64,000 nt of DNA from an uncultured Muribaculaceae bacterium (GCA_964435635.1 CAYSZU010000001.1:450-64449), one strand, 5' to 3'. Shown: positions 50,596-61,010, counted from the first letter of the stretch. The notes: generated by a model from the letters alone, not told the origin. Program-made: numbers and translations.

Positions 50596-51330
50596 TTATT
50601 TATTATCTGAAATAAAGACATAACGGTCTTTGCCGGTTAAATCCTTTTCGATCTCAATCTTGTAGTGAGGAAAATATTTACGGACAATCTTCTTGACTTT
50701 TATGCCTTGACTTTTACCAATTTCAAAAGCTATTAATCCGCCAGGCTTCAGATGGTTAACTGCTTTCTTTGTTATTTCTTCATAGAAGGCTAGACCATCA
50801 TTTTTGGCATAAAGAGCAATCTTTGGTTCATAAGTCGTTTCTAAATCTACTATTTCTCCTTTGCCAACATAAGGGGGATTACTAATAATTAAATCATAGT
50901 GACCTTTAAGGTCACTTTTAAAAATATCTTGTTTTTGCCAATTAATATTAACGTTATTTTGAATTGCATTAGCCTTTGCTACTTTTAAAGCGCGCCGACT
51001 AATATCGGTCGCTGTTATATAGGCCGTTATTTTTTTAGCAAGGCTAATAGAAATACAACCGCTCCCAGTCCCTATTTCTAATATATTTATTAGACCTTCA
51101 TTATCGATTAATCTATTTAAACATTTTTCAACTAGTAACTCTGTCTCAAATCTCGGTATTAAAACGGCTTGATTAACATTTATGTTTAGGCCGCAAAAAT
51201 TAACGTTCCCAATTAAATACTGAACCGGATATTTTTTTTCGATTTTTTTTAATACCCATTTTATCTTCTTTGGATATTTAAGTGTTATTAAATCCCAATC
51301 TTTAGTTGTTGTGTTTAGTGGTTTTGGCAT
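50596..51330 (-). CDS. prmC: release-factor glutamine N5-methyltransferase PrmC (HemK), short N-terminal domain
   Basis: NPPY motif and a SAM-binding GTGSG. It lies immediately downstream of prfA. Confidence 0.85.
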   Translation of the reverse strand: MPKPLNTTTKDWDLITLKYPKKIKWVLKKIEKKYPVQYLIGNVNFCGLNINVNQAVLIPRFETELLVEKCLNRLIDNEGLINILEIGTGSGCISISLAKKITAYITATDISRRALKVAKANAIQNNVNINWQKQDIFKSDLKGHYDLIISNPPYVGKGEIVDLETTYEPKIALYAKNDGLAFYEEITKKAVNHLKPGGLIAFEIGKSQGIKVKKIVRKYFPHYKIEIEKDLTGKDRYVFISDNK

Positions 51331-51334
51331 TTAA

Positions 51335-52387
51335 TTAACCCTGTAACTTAAGTCTTTGATCTTCAATTGTTAAAGCTTCGATAATTGGATCGACGTTGCC
51401 TTCCATTATTCGATCGAGTTCCATTAGTGAAAAATTAATTCGGTGATCAGTTACGCGGTTTTGAGGATAATTATAAGTTCTTATTTTTTCTGAACGATCG
51501 CCAGTTCCAATTTTGTTTTTTCTTTGATTACCAAATTCTTGGTCCTGTCTTCTTTGCATTTCGTCATTTAGTTTGACTTTTAAAATATTCATTGCTTTTT
51601 CCTTATTCTGAAGTTGGCTTCGCTCATTTTGGCAAGTAACAACGATATTAGTTGGGACGTGAGTAATTCTAACTGCTGAATCGGTTGTATTAACATGTTG
51701 TCCGCCAGCTCCACTACTTCGATAAACATCAATTCTTAAATCTGCTTCTTTTACTTCGATATCAACTGTTTCGATTTCCGGTATTACCAAGACGGTTGAT
51801 GTTGATGTGTGAACCCTTCCTTGCGTTTCAGTTGCCGGAATTCGCTGCACGCGATGAGAACCGTTTTCGAATTTTAGTTTAGAATAAACGTTAGCTCCTT
51901 TAATCATAAACTCAATTTGCGCATATCCCCCACTTGTTCCAGCCACTTCACTGATTACTTCAATCTTCCAATTATTCTTTTCGGCAAATCTGGCATACAT
52001 GTGAAAAAGATCACCAGCAAAAATGTTGGCTTCGTCTCCTCCGGCCGCCCCTCTAATCTCCATTATAACGTTTTTTCCATCGTTCTCGTCTTTAGGAATT
52101 AAAAGCTCTTCAATTTCCTTAATAAGGATTTCTTTTTTCAATGTTAATTGTTCGATTTCGGACTTTGCCATCTCGACAAGTTCGTGATCGGTCAACATTT
52201 CATTCGCTTCTTCTATTTCGGTTAATAAATTATTGTATTCTCCATATTTTTCAACTAACGGCAATAAATCTTTTTGTTCTTTAGCTAATATCTTAACTTT
52301 ATTATAGTCAGATAAAACCTCAGGTCTAGATAATTCTGCTGTTAGTTCTTCATATTTTCTTTTAATAATTTCTAGTCGCTCTTTCAT
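51335..52387 (-). CDS. prfA: peptide chain release factor 1
   Basis: GGQ motif, a PxT-type decoding region and no frameshift. Confidence 0.93.
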   Translation of the reverse strand: MKERLEIIKRKYEELTAELSRPEVLSDYNKVKILAKEQKDLLPLVEKYGEYNNLLTEIEEANEMLTDHELVEMAKSEIEQLTLKKEILIKEIEELLIPKDENDGKNVIMEIRGAAGGDEANIFAGDLFHMYARFAEKNNWKIEVISEVAGTSGGYAQIEFMIKGANVYSKLKFENGSHRVQRIPATETQGRVHTSTSTVLVIPEIETVDIEVKEADLRIDVYRSSGAGGQHVNTTDSAVRITHVPTNIVVTCQNERSQLQNKEKAMNILKVKLNDEMQRRQDQEFGNQRKNKIGTGDRSEKIRTYNYPQNRVTDHRINFSLMELDRIMEGNVDPIIEALTIEDQRLKLQG

Positions 52388-52434
52388 ATTGTTAGCACCT
52401 TTCTTAAAAATTATAACATAATTAAAAAGAATCG

Positions 52435-52878
52435 CTAACCTGGGTTATTTATTTCGTCATCATCAGCGATAATAACAAAGTCCTTTAGATCATCATCTGG
52501 TTCATCTTCATTTTCATCAGCAGCATAGAATATTTTTTCTTCCTCTTCTTCTTCAAAATCATCCGAATCATCGGCTAGAGCATCGGCCATTAAATCATCA
52601 TCGTCATCATCTTCTAAAATAATTTTAGCTGAATGTTTAGACTTTAAATCCCAAAAGCCGTTTTTTAACATAATAAATCTTTGATCAGTAGATATTACTT
52701 CGAAAAAGTCAGCAATTTTATTAATAAAATCGTCCTCTGATAATTCTAGCATTGTACATACCTTTTTAAATAAATCGTTGATTTTCATTTTCTTTTTGCC
52801 TTCGACTAATATTTGATAGGCAATATCATCATATGACATCGCTTCAAGTTCCACCTTTGACAAATTTTTTAATTTCAT
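52435..52878 (-). CDS. rpoE: RNA polymerase delta subunit
   Basis: An N-terminal HARE-HTH domain plus a ~70-aa poly-Asp/Glu tail, typical of Firmicute/Mollicute RpoE. Confidence 0.85.
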   Translation of the reverse strand: MKLKNLSKVELEAMSYDDIAYQILVEGKKKMKINDLFKKVCTMLELSEDDFINKIADFFEVISTDQRFIMLKNGFWDLKSKHSAKIILEDDDDDDLMADALADDSDDFEEEEEEKIFYAADENEDEPDDDLKDFVIIADDDEINNPG

Positions 52879-53031
52879 AATTTCCTCCTACATCTTTTCT
52901 AGGGTGATTACCCCGTTTATATTCAACGCTTTTTCTAAGGCGATTCTATCAGCCTTTTTTTGATTCGATTGGCAATATGCTATTTGATATCGCTTAGCGT
53001 TTGTTAATAAATAAACCCTTGTTCCTTCATT

Positions 53032-53394
53032 CTAGTTGCCTTCTTTCTTAATAATAATCTGACTCTCTACTTCATCAGTTTCAAGACAATATTTTATTTC
53101 AATTAATTCCTCACCTATTTCAAAAATTAAATATTTAAACTTTAGTGGCAACTCATATTGCTCTTTAATTAATTTGTAATTCATAGACTTTATATCATTT
53201 TTCTCTTCAATTGTAAATGAAAATTCATCATTATATCGACAAAAATATTTTCTTTGAGGATTACAATCGACTAAATAATTTATATTTTCAATAACAAATG
53301 TGATAACGAAGTGGTCTTTTTCATAAATAACTTGCGGTTCGCTAATAACTTGATCACCATTTTTAATTAATGAAAAAGATAATTCTTTGGTCAT
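53032..53394 (-). CDS. hypothetical protein (120 aa)
   Basis: ORF with no recognisable motif, flanked by 100-150-nt intergenic regions. Confidence 0.45.
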   Translation of the reverse strand: MTKELSFSLIKNGDQVISEPQVIYEKDHFVITFVIENINYLVDCNPQRKYFCRYNDEFSFTIEEKNDIKSMNYKLIKEQYELPLKFKYLIFEIGEELIEIKYCLETDEVESQIIIKKEGN

Positions 53395-53497
53395 TTTATC
53401 ACCTCATTTTTTCTAAGATATTATAGCATAGCCATTTATAATTTGCACTAAATTCCGCGCCGTTTTTTAGGTATTTAAAAAGCCCACAAATGTGAGC

Positions 53498-54841
53498 TTA
53501 TTTATTAATGTTTATTGTTATTTGATACGATGTTGCTAGATCAGCTTCGTCTATCGTTATCTTCGTGCCTTTTTCTAAAAGCGATGTAACAACACTACGA
53601 ACTTCTTTGATTGCCGAACCTAAATTTGCTTGTTGAACTTCTATAATGTTTGGTTTTAAACTTTCATCCAATTTAGCAATTTCAGTTACCGGGTCAACCG
53701 GCGCTATTATTGGTCTTTCCAATTCTGGAGGAATATCGGCTGTTGCTGGAGTGAAAAACCTGTTTTCAGAGCTTACCTTAGGGCCAGTATCCATTCGATT
53801 GAAAAAGCCACTTCCCGCTGCTTCTGGAGTTGAAACCGGTTCAATAAAGCCGGTGGCGTCATTAATAGTTTCATTACCTATTTTAAATGGAGCATCAAAC
53901 ACTTCAACTGGTGGTGGAGTTAACTCTACGGTTTCAGCTTGGGTTGCTTGTTCACTAAAATCCGCGTTGAAATCAAAAAATTTATTGTTTAAAGGCTTCT
54001 CTTCCTTAACTTCCCCAGTATTTAAAGGATTAACCGCCACAAATGGTTGATCAAATGGTTGCGGAACCGTTGGTAATGATTCACTATGTTCAGTCATTAA
54101 GCTTTCTGGCATCATCATGCTTTCAGCACTCGGCCTAATCTCAGGAGCATTTAAATCCATAGCTGTATTCCGAATATTATTTATATTTATTTGGCCATTA
54201 GTGGTTGGCGCCTCTTCAATTTCTTCAGCAACATATCCACCATTAACTTTTTTTAATTCCATATCAAGTTGTCTGACAGTCATTCTTTCATTAATTACTC
54301 GATCAAGCCATTCTATTTGTTCATCTTTATTAGAAAGAGTTAGTAAAGCTCGAGCGTGACGCTCAGATATTTTTCCTTCTAATAATGATTGCTGAACTTT
54401 ATCATCAAGGTTTAATAAACGTAATTTATTAGCGACTGATGATTGAGATAATCCCATTCTTTTAGCTAGCTGATCTTGATTTAAATATCCTTTATCAAGT
54501 AAGTTTTTATATGATCTAGCTTCTTCAATTGGGGTTAAATCTTTCCGTTGAACGTTTTCAACTAAAGCTATTTCAGCACTCGTATTATCATCAATATTAG
54601 AAATAACAGCAGGGACAGTTGTTAATCCAGCCATTGTTGCAGCTTTAAATCTTCGCTCCCCAGCGATTATCTCGAACTTGTCACCAAGCTTTCTTAAAAC
54701 TAGTGGTTGAATTATTCCATGCTCTTTGATTGAATCAGAAAGCTCTTTCAACCCTTGTTCATCAAATGATAAACGCGGTTGAAATCGATTTGGAATTATA
54801 TCCTCAAGATGGACTTGAAGAATCTCAGATTCTATTTTCAT
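53498..54841 (-). CDS. noc: Noc-like ParB-family protein with a long disordered insert (447 aa)
   Basis: IIPNRFQPR...GERRFKAA ParB box; HTH ...KISERHARAL. The C-terminal domain IKEVRSVVTSLLEKGTKITIDEADLATSYQITININK resembles the Noc/ParB C-terminal domain. It is adjacent to rsmG, as Noc is in Bacilli and Clostridia. Confidence 0.8.
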   Translation of the reverse strand: MKIESEILQVHLEDIIPNRFQPRLSFDEQGLKELSDSIKEHGIIQPLVLRKLGDKFEIIAGERRFKAATMAGLTTVPAVISNIDDNTSAEIALVENVQRKDLTPIEEARSYKNLLDKGYLNQDQLAKRMGLSQSSVANKLRLLNLDDKVQQSLLEGKISERHARALLTLSNKDEQIEWLDRVINERMTVRQLDMELKKVNGGYVAEEIEEAPTTNGQININNIRNTAMDLNAPEIRPSAESMMMPESLMTEHSESLPTVPQPFDQPFVAVNPLNTGEVKEEKPLNNKFFDFNADFSEQATQAETVELTPPPVEVFDAPFKIGNETINDATGFIEPVSTPEAAGSGFFNRMDTGPKVSSENRFFTPATADIPPELERPIIAPVDPVTEIAKLDESLKPNIIEVQQANLGSAIKEVRSVVTSLLEKGTKITIDEADLATSYQITININK

Positions 54842-54895
54842 GTTCGTGTCCCCTTTTAATTCTTTTCTATTCTATTTAATATTAACCTATATTTA

Positions 54896-55615
54896 TTATT
54901 TTTTCAATGAATTTTTGATTATTTTATCGTATCTTCTTGGATATATCTTATTTGTTACTTTCTTTTTATGCACTTTAATCAACATTCGCTGGCTTTCTTC
55001 AAAAGGTAAGATATATTCTATTTTTTCTTCGACTAGACCGCCAAGTTCTTTTATAGCAAACTTGCCTTGTTCAAAATCTTCCTCATTTTTGCCTTTCATT
55101 GCGACAAAATAACCGCCTACTTTAACAAAAGGAATTGATAACTCTGCCAAAATGTTTAACGGAGCAACTGCTCGAGCGGTAACAAAGTCAAAGGCTTCTC
55201 GCTTCTCAGAACAATAATCCTCGGCTCTTTTGTTAACTACTTCTAAATCAGATAATTGAAGTAAAGAACTAACTTCACGAAGAAAACTGGCTTTTTTGCC
55301 ATTTGGTTCTAAGAGAGTGACTTTTAATTCTGGAAATATTATTTTGATTACTATTCCTGGAAAACCTGCCCCACTACCTATATCAAGAAGACTGGTAATT
55401 TGATCAGAATTTAAAGCCTTGATCAAGCAAAGTGAATCATAAAAATGTTTTAAAAAAACTTGGTTATAATCTTTTATGCTAGTTAAGTTAGTAATTTGAT
55501 TGACGGCAATTAAGTGTTTCGCATACTTATCAAATTTTAGATATTGCTCTTGATTTAAATCAATCCCAAGGTTTTTAACGGCTGATATAAACTCTTCTTT
55601 ATTCATTCTTTCCAT
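54896..55615 (-). CDS. rsmG: 16S rRNA m7G527 methyltransferase RsmG (GidB)
   Basis: SAM motif DIGSGAGFPG. Confidence 0.92.
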   Translation of the reverse strand: MERMNKEEFISAVKNLGIDLNQEQYLKFDKYAKHLIAVNQITNLTSIKDYNQVFLKHFYDSLCLIKALNSDQITSLLDIGSGAGFPGIVIKIIFPELKVTLLEPNGKKASFLREVSSLLQLSDLEVVNKRAEDYCSEKREAFDFVTARAVAPLNILAELSIPFVKVGGYFVAMKGKNEEDFEQGKFAIKELGGLVEEKIEYILPFEESQRMLIKVHKKKVTNKIYPRRYDKIIKNSLKK

Positions 55616-57476
55616 ATTCCTTTCGCAGATAAACTGCCAAGATTGCTAGATCTGAAGGATTTATTCCGCTTATCCTTCCGGCTTGAGCAAGCGTCTTTGG
55701 GCTTACTTGTTTAAGCTTTTGGCGTGCTTCATTAGCAATGTTTTTTACTTTATCATAATTAATATCATACGGAATTTCTTTTCCTTCTAGATTCAATAAC
55801 TTTGCAACTTCTTGATATGACTTTTTGATATAACCTTCGTATTTAATAAGGATTTCAACAATACTTAATATTTCCTTATCATACTTTAGTGGCACAATAC
55901 TATCTAGGAATGTTATTGATATTTCTGGTCGTTTTAAAAGAGCCGAAAATTTAAGGCCGTTTTCAGGAAGCGGAATTCCTTCCTTTTGAAATAGTTGTTT
56001 TTCTTTTGCTGTAATAGATATTTTTATTTTTGCTAGTTCTTCAATTAGACTAGCTATTTGTTTTTCTTTTTCTAATAATTGTTGATATTTTTGTTCGCTT
56101 ATTAGACCTACTTCATAACCTTTTTTTCTTAGTCTTAAGTCGGCGTTATCATGCCTCAATATTAATCTAAACTCAGCCCGAGAAGTTAGCATTCGATAAG
56201 GTTCGCTAGTTCCTTTTGTAACTAAATCATCTATTAAAACGCCAATATAAGCGTCACTTCTTTTTAAAATTAATGGTTCCTGCTTTTCGATTTTCAATGT
56301 AGCGTTTATACCGGCCATTAATCCTTGGGCAGCGGCCTCTTCATAGCCGCTTGTCCCATTAATTTGACCAGCGGTGAATAAGTTAGAGATTAATTTCGTT
56401 TCTAAACTCGGGAATATCTGTAACGGATTAATCGCGTCATATTCAATGGCATAAGCGTTTTTAGTAATAATCGCCTTCTCTAACCCATTTAAACTATGAA
56501 CCATTTGTTCTTGAATAGCAACTGGCATACTTGTTGAAAAACCTTGGAGATACCATTCATCATAATAGATACTTTCAGGTTCTAAAAATAGTTGGTGGCG
56601 CTCTTTATCACTAAAACGGACTATCTTGTCTTCAATAGATGGACAATAACGTGGTCCTACCCCCTCAACAAAACCACCATACATGCTTGATTGAGTTAAG
56701 TTATCTTTAATAATTTTATGGGTTGAATCGTTTGTATATAGCAAATAACATTTTTGTTGTTCCTTAATATCATATTGTGGTTTACTATCAAAACTGAAGG
56801 TGTAATATACTCGGTCTCCTTCTTCAACAATTAGTTTACTAAAGTCTATGCTGCTCGCCTTAATTCTTGGCGGGGTACCAGTTTTAAGCCGTTGAATTAT
56901 AAAACCTTGTTTTTTTAGATTGTCACTTAAATAATTAGATCTTTCTTCTCCGTGAGGACCACCATCAATTTTAGAATTTCCAACTAAAATACTACTTTTT
57001 AGATAAGTCCCGGTTGTTAAAATCGTACATTGACTTGTAATTGTCTCACCACTATTTAAACAAACCCCTCCAACGTTTTTTTCCTTAATAATTAAATCTT
57101 CGACTGTTCCTTCAATAATATTCAAATTTTTTAGTTTAGCCAGAGCTTCCTTCATCTTTTTTGGATAAACTACTTTATCAGCCTGTGCTCTTAAGGAACG
57201 AACAGCTGGTCCTTTTGCATTATTTAACATCTTTATTTGAAAATGAGCAGCATCTGCTATTTTGCCCAATATTCCACCTAAAGCATCAATTTCTCTTACA
57301 ATTATTCCTTTTGCAGTTCCACCAATTGAAGGATTACAAGGCATATCTGCTATATTATTTATATTGGTTGTTATTAGAGCAACCTTATATCCTTTTTGGG
57401 CTGTAGCATAGGCTGCTTCACAGCCAGCGTGGCCACCACCAACAACGATAATATCATAGTTCATCATATCACTCAT
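55599..57476 (-). CDS. mnmG: tRNA uridine-5-carboxymethylaminomethyl modification enzyme MnmG (GidA)
   Basis: FAD-binding VVGGGHAGCEAA at the N-terminus; 625 aa. Confidence 0.94.
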   Translation of the reverse strand: MSDMMNYDIIVVGGGHAGCEAAYATAQKGYKVALITTNINNIADMPCNPSIGGTAKGIIVREIDALGGILGKIADAAHFQIKMLNNAKGPAVRSLRAQADKVVYPKKMKEALAKLKNLNIIEGTVEDLIIKEKNVGGVCLNSGETITSQCTILTTGTYLKSSILVGNSKIDGGPHGEERSNYLSDNLKKQGFIIQRLKTGTPPRIKASSIDFSKLIVEEGDRVYYTFSFDSKPQYDIKEQQKCYLLYTNDSTHKIIKDNLTQSSMYGGFVEGVGPRYCPSIEDKIVRFSDKERHQLFLEPESIYYDEWYLQGFSTSMPVAIQEQMVHSLNGLEKAIITKNAYAIEYDAINPLQIFPSLETKLISNLFTAGQINGTSGYEEAAAQGLMAGINATLKIEKQEPLILKRSDAYIGVLIDDLVTKGTSEPYRMLTSRAEFRLILRHDNADLRLRKKGYEVGLISEQKYQQLLEKEKQIASLIEELAKIKISITAKEKQLFQKEGIPLPENGLKFSALLKRPEISITFLDSIVPLKYDKEILSIVEILIKYEGYIKKSYQEVAKLLNLEGKEIPYDINYDKVKNIANEARQKLKQVSPKTLAQAGRISGINPSDLAILAVYLRKEYGKNE

Positions 57477-58831
57477 TTTCCTAAGCAGAACTTGCTAAAT
57501 ATTGTATCAATTAAGTCATCACGATATGTCTGACCAATTATTTCGCCTAGATAATCCCAACAACTTTTAATATCAATTGCTAGGATATCAATTGGCGAAT
57601 TTAATTCGATTTGGTCAAGACAAGCCTCTATTTGGTTTGTGGCTAGTTTGATTAGTGCAATCTGACGACTGTTAGAAAGATATGTTGGATTCTTTTGTTT
57701 AATTTTATCTAAATTAAATACGCTAACAATCTTTTCTTTTAACTCTATTAAACCCTCAGCTGTGACCGTGTTACCAAATATTATCGGCATGTTATTAAGG
57801 TCTTCTAATTCAAGTTTAGTTGAAAGGTCGGTTTTGTTGATAAATAGTATTTTTTCTTTTGAGCTAATTAACTTAATTAATTTGTTATCTTCAGCCGTTA
57901 ATTTTTCACTATTATTTAAAACTAAGAGAACCAAGTCTGCTTCGTCAATTGCCTTTAAGCTTTTTTTAATCCCAATTTTTTCAATAATATCTTTAGTTGG
58001 TCTAATACCCGCGGTATCAATAAGATTGATTTTAATTCCTTGCAAAACAAAACTAGCCTCAACAATGTCTCTTGTTGTTCCAGGTATTTTAGTAACAATT
58101 GCCTTTTCCTCATTAACTAAAGCATTTAACAAACTGCTTTTGCCAACGTTTGGTCGACCAACCAAAGCGATATTTATACCGTTTTTTATTATCTTGCCGT
58201 TCTGAGTTTCCGCTGTTAATATTTCCAGTTCTTTTTTAATAGCAATCAGCTTTGGTTTTAAAGCCACTGTTGTCATCTGTTCAATATCGTTGTATTCTGG
58301 ATAATCTATGTTTACTTCGATATTTGCTAAAAGCTCACCTATTTTATCTCGTAATGCTTTTATTTTGTTTGATAGTTGCCCAGTTATTTGATTAATTGCT
58401 AAATCGCGCGCAAGATCAGTTTCAGAAGCAATCATATCACTAACCGCTTCAGCTTCTATTAAATCAATTCGACCGTTTAAAAATGCTCTTTTGGTAAACT
58501 CGCCGGGTTCAGCAATTTGACAGCCCCCTTTTATTAAAATTTCCATTATCTTGTTTGTACAAGAAATACCGCCGTGGCAGTTTATTTCAACAATATCTTC
58601 CGTAGTAAATGACTTAGGGCTTCTCATTATCATTACTAACACTTCATCAATAATCTTCTTGTTTTCATCTACAATATGGCCATAATGAATTGTATGACTT
58701 GATGCTTTTTGTAAATTTGTTCCATCAAAAATTCTAGCAACTATTTCTATTGCCGCCGGACCACTTAAACGAATAATTGAGATGGCCCCTACTCCCAAAG
58801 AAGTTGAGATGGCCCCAATTGTTGTTTCCAT
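57473..58831 (-). CDS. mnmE: tRNA modification GTPase MnmE (TrmE)
   Basis: G-domain GRPNVGKSSL and a C-terminal CxGK. Confidence 0.93.
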   Translation of the reverse strand: METTIGAISTSLGVGAISIIRLSGPAAIEIVARIFDGTNLQKASSHTIHYGHIVDENKKIIDEVLVMIMRSPKSFTTEDIVEINCHGGISCTNKIMEILIKGGCQIAEPGEFTKRAFLNGRIDLIEAEAVSDMIASETDLARDLAINQITGQLSNKIKALRDKIGELLANIEVNIDYPEYNDIEQMTTVALKPKLIAIKKELEILTAETQNGKIIKNGINIALVGRPNVGKSSLLNALVNEEKAIVTKIPGTTRDIVEASFVLQGIKINLIDTAGIRPTKDIIEKIGIKKSLKAIDEADLVLLVLNNSEKLTAEDNKLIKLISSKEKILFINKTDLSTKLELEDLNNMPIIFGNTVTAEGLIELKEKIVSVFNLDKIKQKNPTYLSNSRQIALIKLATNQIEACLDQIELNSPIDILAIDIKSCWDYLGEIIGQTYRDDLIDTIFSKFCLGK

Positions 58832-58869
58832 AAATTGCCTCCTTCGCCCGTATTATAGCATAAATTTTT

Positions 58870-58900
58870 TTTAATAAAATTAAAAAGCCTTTCGGCTTTT
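58870..58900 (-). terminator. terminator after jag/khpB
   Basis: AAAAGCC-TTTC-GGCTTTT hairpin overlapping the jag stop codon, followed on the minus strand by TAATTTTATT. Confidence 0.55.
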
Positions 58901-59501
58901 ATTCTTCATTTGGTTTAATAACAATGTGCCTGTTTGGCTCTTCGCCTTCGCTTGTTGAAGTGATTCCCTTAAATTCACTTAAAATATTATGAGCGATTCT
59001 TCTTTCATAAGAGTTCATATTGTCCATATGAATTTCTTTTTTAGTCTTCTGAACTTCAATTGCTAGGTTCTTAGCAAGTCTTTCAAGGTGTCCTTTTTGT
59101 TTATCTTTGTAATTTTCAACATCTAGTAAAATATAAGGATAAAGTCCTATTTTAGCGTATATATATTGTCTAACAACATTTTGGATAGAACTAAGTGTTT
59201 GACCATTTTTACCAATTAAAATAGCATTATTATTAGAATATAATTTAATATTAATTTGGCCTTCTCTAATTTGACTTTCAAAAGTCGGCTCTTCAATATT
59301 CATATTAATTAATAATTCCTGCAAAAAAACTTTTATTTCTTGGCAGATATCACTTATTTCATAAACATAACCTTTTAAGTTATTAGATTTAAACAGACCG
59401 CCTTTTTGTTCAACATATTTTACTAAGTATTCTTTTTCAGCTAAAGCAATCTTTCCTTTTATTTCTTCTTTTGTCTTTCCTTCAAATTCTTGATATTTCA
59501 T
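58899..59501 (-). CDS. khpB: Jag/KhpB RNA-binding protein (Jag_N + KH + R3H)
   Basis: R3H motif in MDNMNSYERRIAHNILSEF; located downstream of yidC. Confidence 0.85.
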   Translation of the reverse strand: MKYQEFEGKTKEEIKGKIALAEKEYLVKYVEQKGGLFKSNNLKGYVYEISDICQEIKVFLQELLINMNIEEPTFESQIREGQINIKLYSNNNAILIGKNGQTLSSIQNVVRQYIYAKIGLYPYILLDVENYKDKQKGHLERLAKNLAIEVQKTKKEIHMDNMNSYERRIAHNILSEFKGITSTSEGEEPNRHIVIKPNEE

Positions 59502-60436
59502 TTTTGATTCCTCTTTTCGCTAAGTTTTTTTATAACTATATTTTGAACGACCGCAAAAACATTAGTTACAATCCAATATAAGGCAATTGCCGTTGGTAAA
59601 CTTAATGAAGCAATACTTATGAAAACTATCATAAATTTTATCATAAATTGCATTTGTTTATTTGTTTCACCAACAGTTTGGCTACTCATAGAATTTCTAA
59701 AAGCAAAATAGGTACTAACTGCAATTAATAGAATTAAAGCAATATAAATATAATTTTGATTACTAATTCCAACCCAAGGTGTCATACCTAATTTCATTCC
59801 TAAAAACGAACCTTGAAAGATTGCTGGTGAACGATTAATTGCCTCTAAGAAAGCAAAGAATAAAGGTAATTGAATTAGAGATAATAGACATCCCGAAACA
59901 GGGTTAATTTTATATTTCTTATAAACTAGCATTGTTTCCTGACTTTTAGCCATCATCGATTCATTATCAGTTTTTCCTTTATATTTTTTTTCAATCTTTT
60001 TTATTTCTGGTTGGGCTTTATTCATTAATTCTGATTGCAAAGCTGTTTTCTTAGATATCGGTAACATTACTAATCTAATTGCTAAACCAACTAACATAAC
60101 AGCAACACCCATATTTTTAACAAAATAACCAAGTTTTAAGATTATAAATGATAACGGTTTTACAAAAACATCCCAAAGATCACTAAATTCATTCTTACTT
60201 AAAGAGTAGTCTCGACAATATGGTAATTTATTTAATTTAATTGTTAACTGGTCTTCGTTGGCTTTATATAAATCATATAAACTACCATTGGCTGGCTTAC
60301 AAATAATATTAGCCGTTAAAGTCTGACCTGTTTCAGAATAAACTACGTTTTTGCCGTCTTTTTGGACATACTTTGTACAACCGGATAATGTGATAATCAT
60401 TATTAATAGAATTAAAATTTTAAGCTTATTATTCAT
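59498..60436 (-). CDS. yidC: membrane protein insertase YidC (SpoIIIJ/OxaA-type lipoprotein)
   Basis: Lipobox LSGC and a conserved five-TM insertase core. Confidence 0.9.
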   Translation of the reverse strand: MNNKLKILILLIMIITLSGCTKYVQKDGKNVVYSETGQTLTANIICKPANGSLYDLYKANEDQLTIKLNKLPYCRDYSLSKNEFSDLWDVFVKPLSFIILKLGYFVKNMGVAVMLVGLAIRLVMLPISKKTALQSELMNKAQPEIKKIEKKYKGKTDNESMMAKSQETMLVYKKYKINPVSGCLLSLIQLPLFFAFLEAINRSPAIFQGSFLGMKLGMTPWVGISNQNYIYIALILLIAVSTYFAFRNSMSSQTVGETNKQMQFMIKFMIVFISIASLSLPTAIALYWIVTNVFAVVQNIVIKKLSEKRNQK

Positions 60437-60774
60437 TATTTATCCCTCTTATTAAGCAACGCAATTACTTGATCTTTTAGAAATTCAAATGAATTGTTTT
60501 TTGCTTCTTTCCTTATCATTATAATATAATCTTGGTTATTTTGAAATAAGTTTTTTGTTTCGTCTAGAATTAAGCGGGTAATTCTTTTATATTTATTTCT
60601 TTCAACAGCATTTCCGAACTTAGTACTAATAGCAATTCCAAAGTTTGGTTTATCGGTTGTTGTATCTTCCTTAATAATTTTATACATAGCGAAATATTTA
60701 TTAGTTATAACATCATTGTTTCTAATAATTTCATTAAATCTTCTTTTATCTTTGACAATTTCTTTTTTTTTCAA
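60436..60774 (-). CDS. rnpA: ribonuclease P protein component
   Basis: TTG start 8 nt after AAGGAGG; RNR motif region FGIAISTKFGNAVERNKYKRITR. Confidence 0.88.
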   Translation of the reverse strand: MKKKEIVKDKRRFNEIIRNNDVITNKYFAMYKIIKEDTTTDKPNFGIAISTKFGNAVERNKYKRITRLILDETKNLFQNNQDYIIMIRKEAKNNSFEFLKDQVIALLNKRDK

Positions 60775-60797
60775 AGGATAACCTCCTTTATAGAATA

Positions 60798-60817
60798 AAA
60801 ACCACGATCCGTGGTTT
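60798..60817 (-). terminator. attenuator hairpin between rpmH and rnpA
   Basis: AAACCACG-GATC-CGTGGTTT hairpin directly after the rpmH stop, followed on the minus strand by TTTATTCTAT. Confidence 0.5.
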
Positions 60818-60938
60818 ATTTACTTAATTTTGCGCGTCCTTTTTTTCTTCTTGATTTTAAAATATTTGTTAATTTTCTAGCAAAAAATCCATGTTTTTTT
60901 GCCTTTTTTCGATTATTTGGTTGAAATGTTCTTTTCAT
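60816..60938 (-). CDS. rpmH: 50S ribosomal protein L34
   Basis: Not in the ORF track. My translation of the minus strand is [40 protein letters not shown], with a GGAGGTG RBS. Confidence 0.9.
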   Translation of the reverse strand: MKRTFQPNNRKKAKKHGFFARKLTNILKSRRKKGRAKLSK

Positions 60939-61010
60939 TCTTGCACCTCCAGACCTAATTAAGCGCTCTTATTATAATATTATCTTCCTATTAAAGTCAA
61001 TATTTAATCG

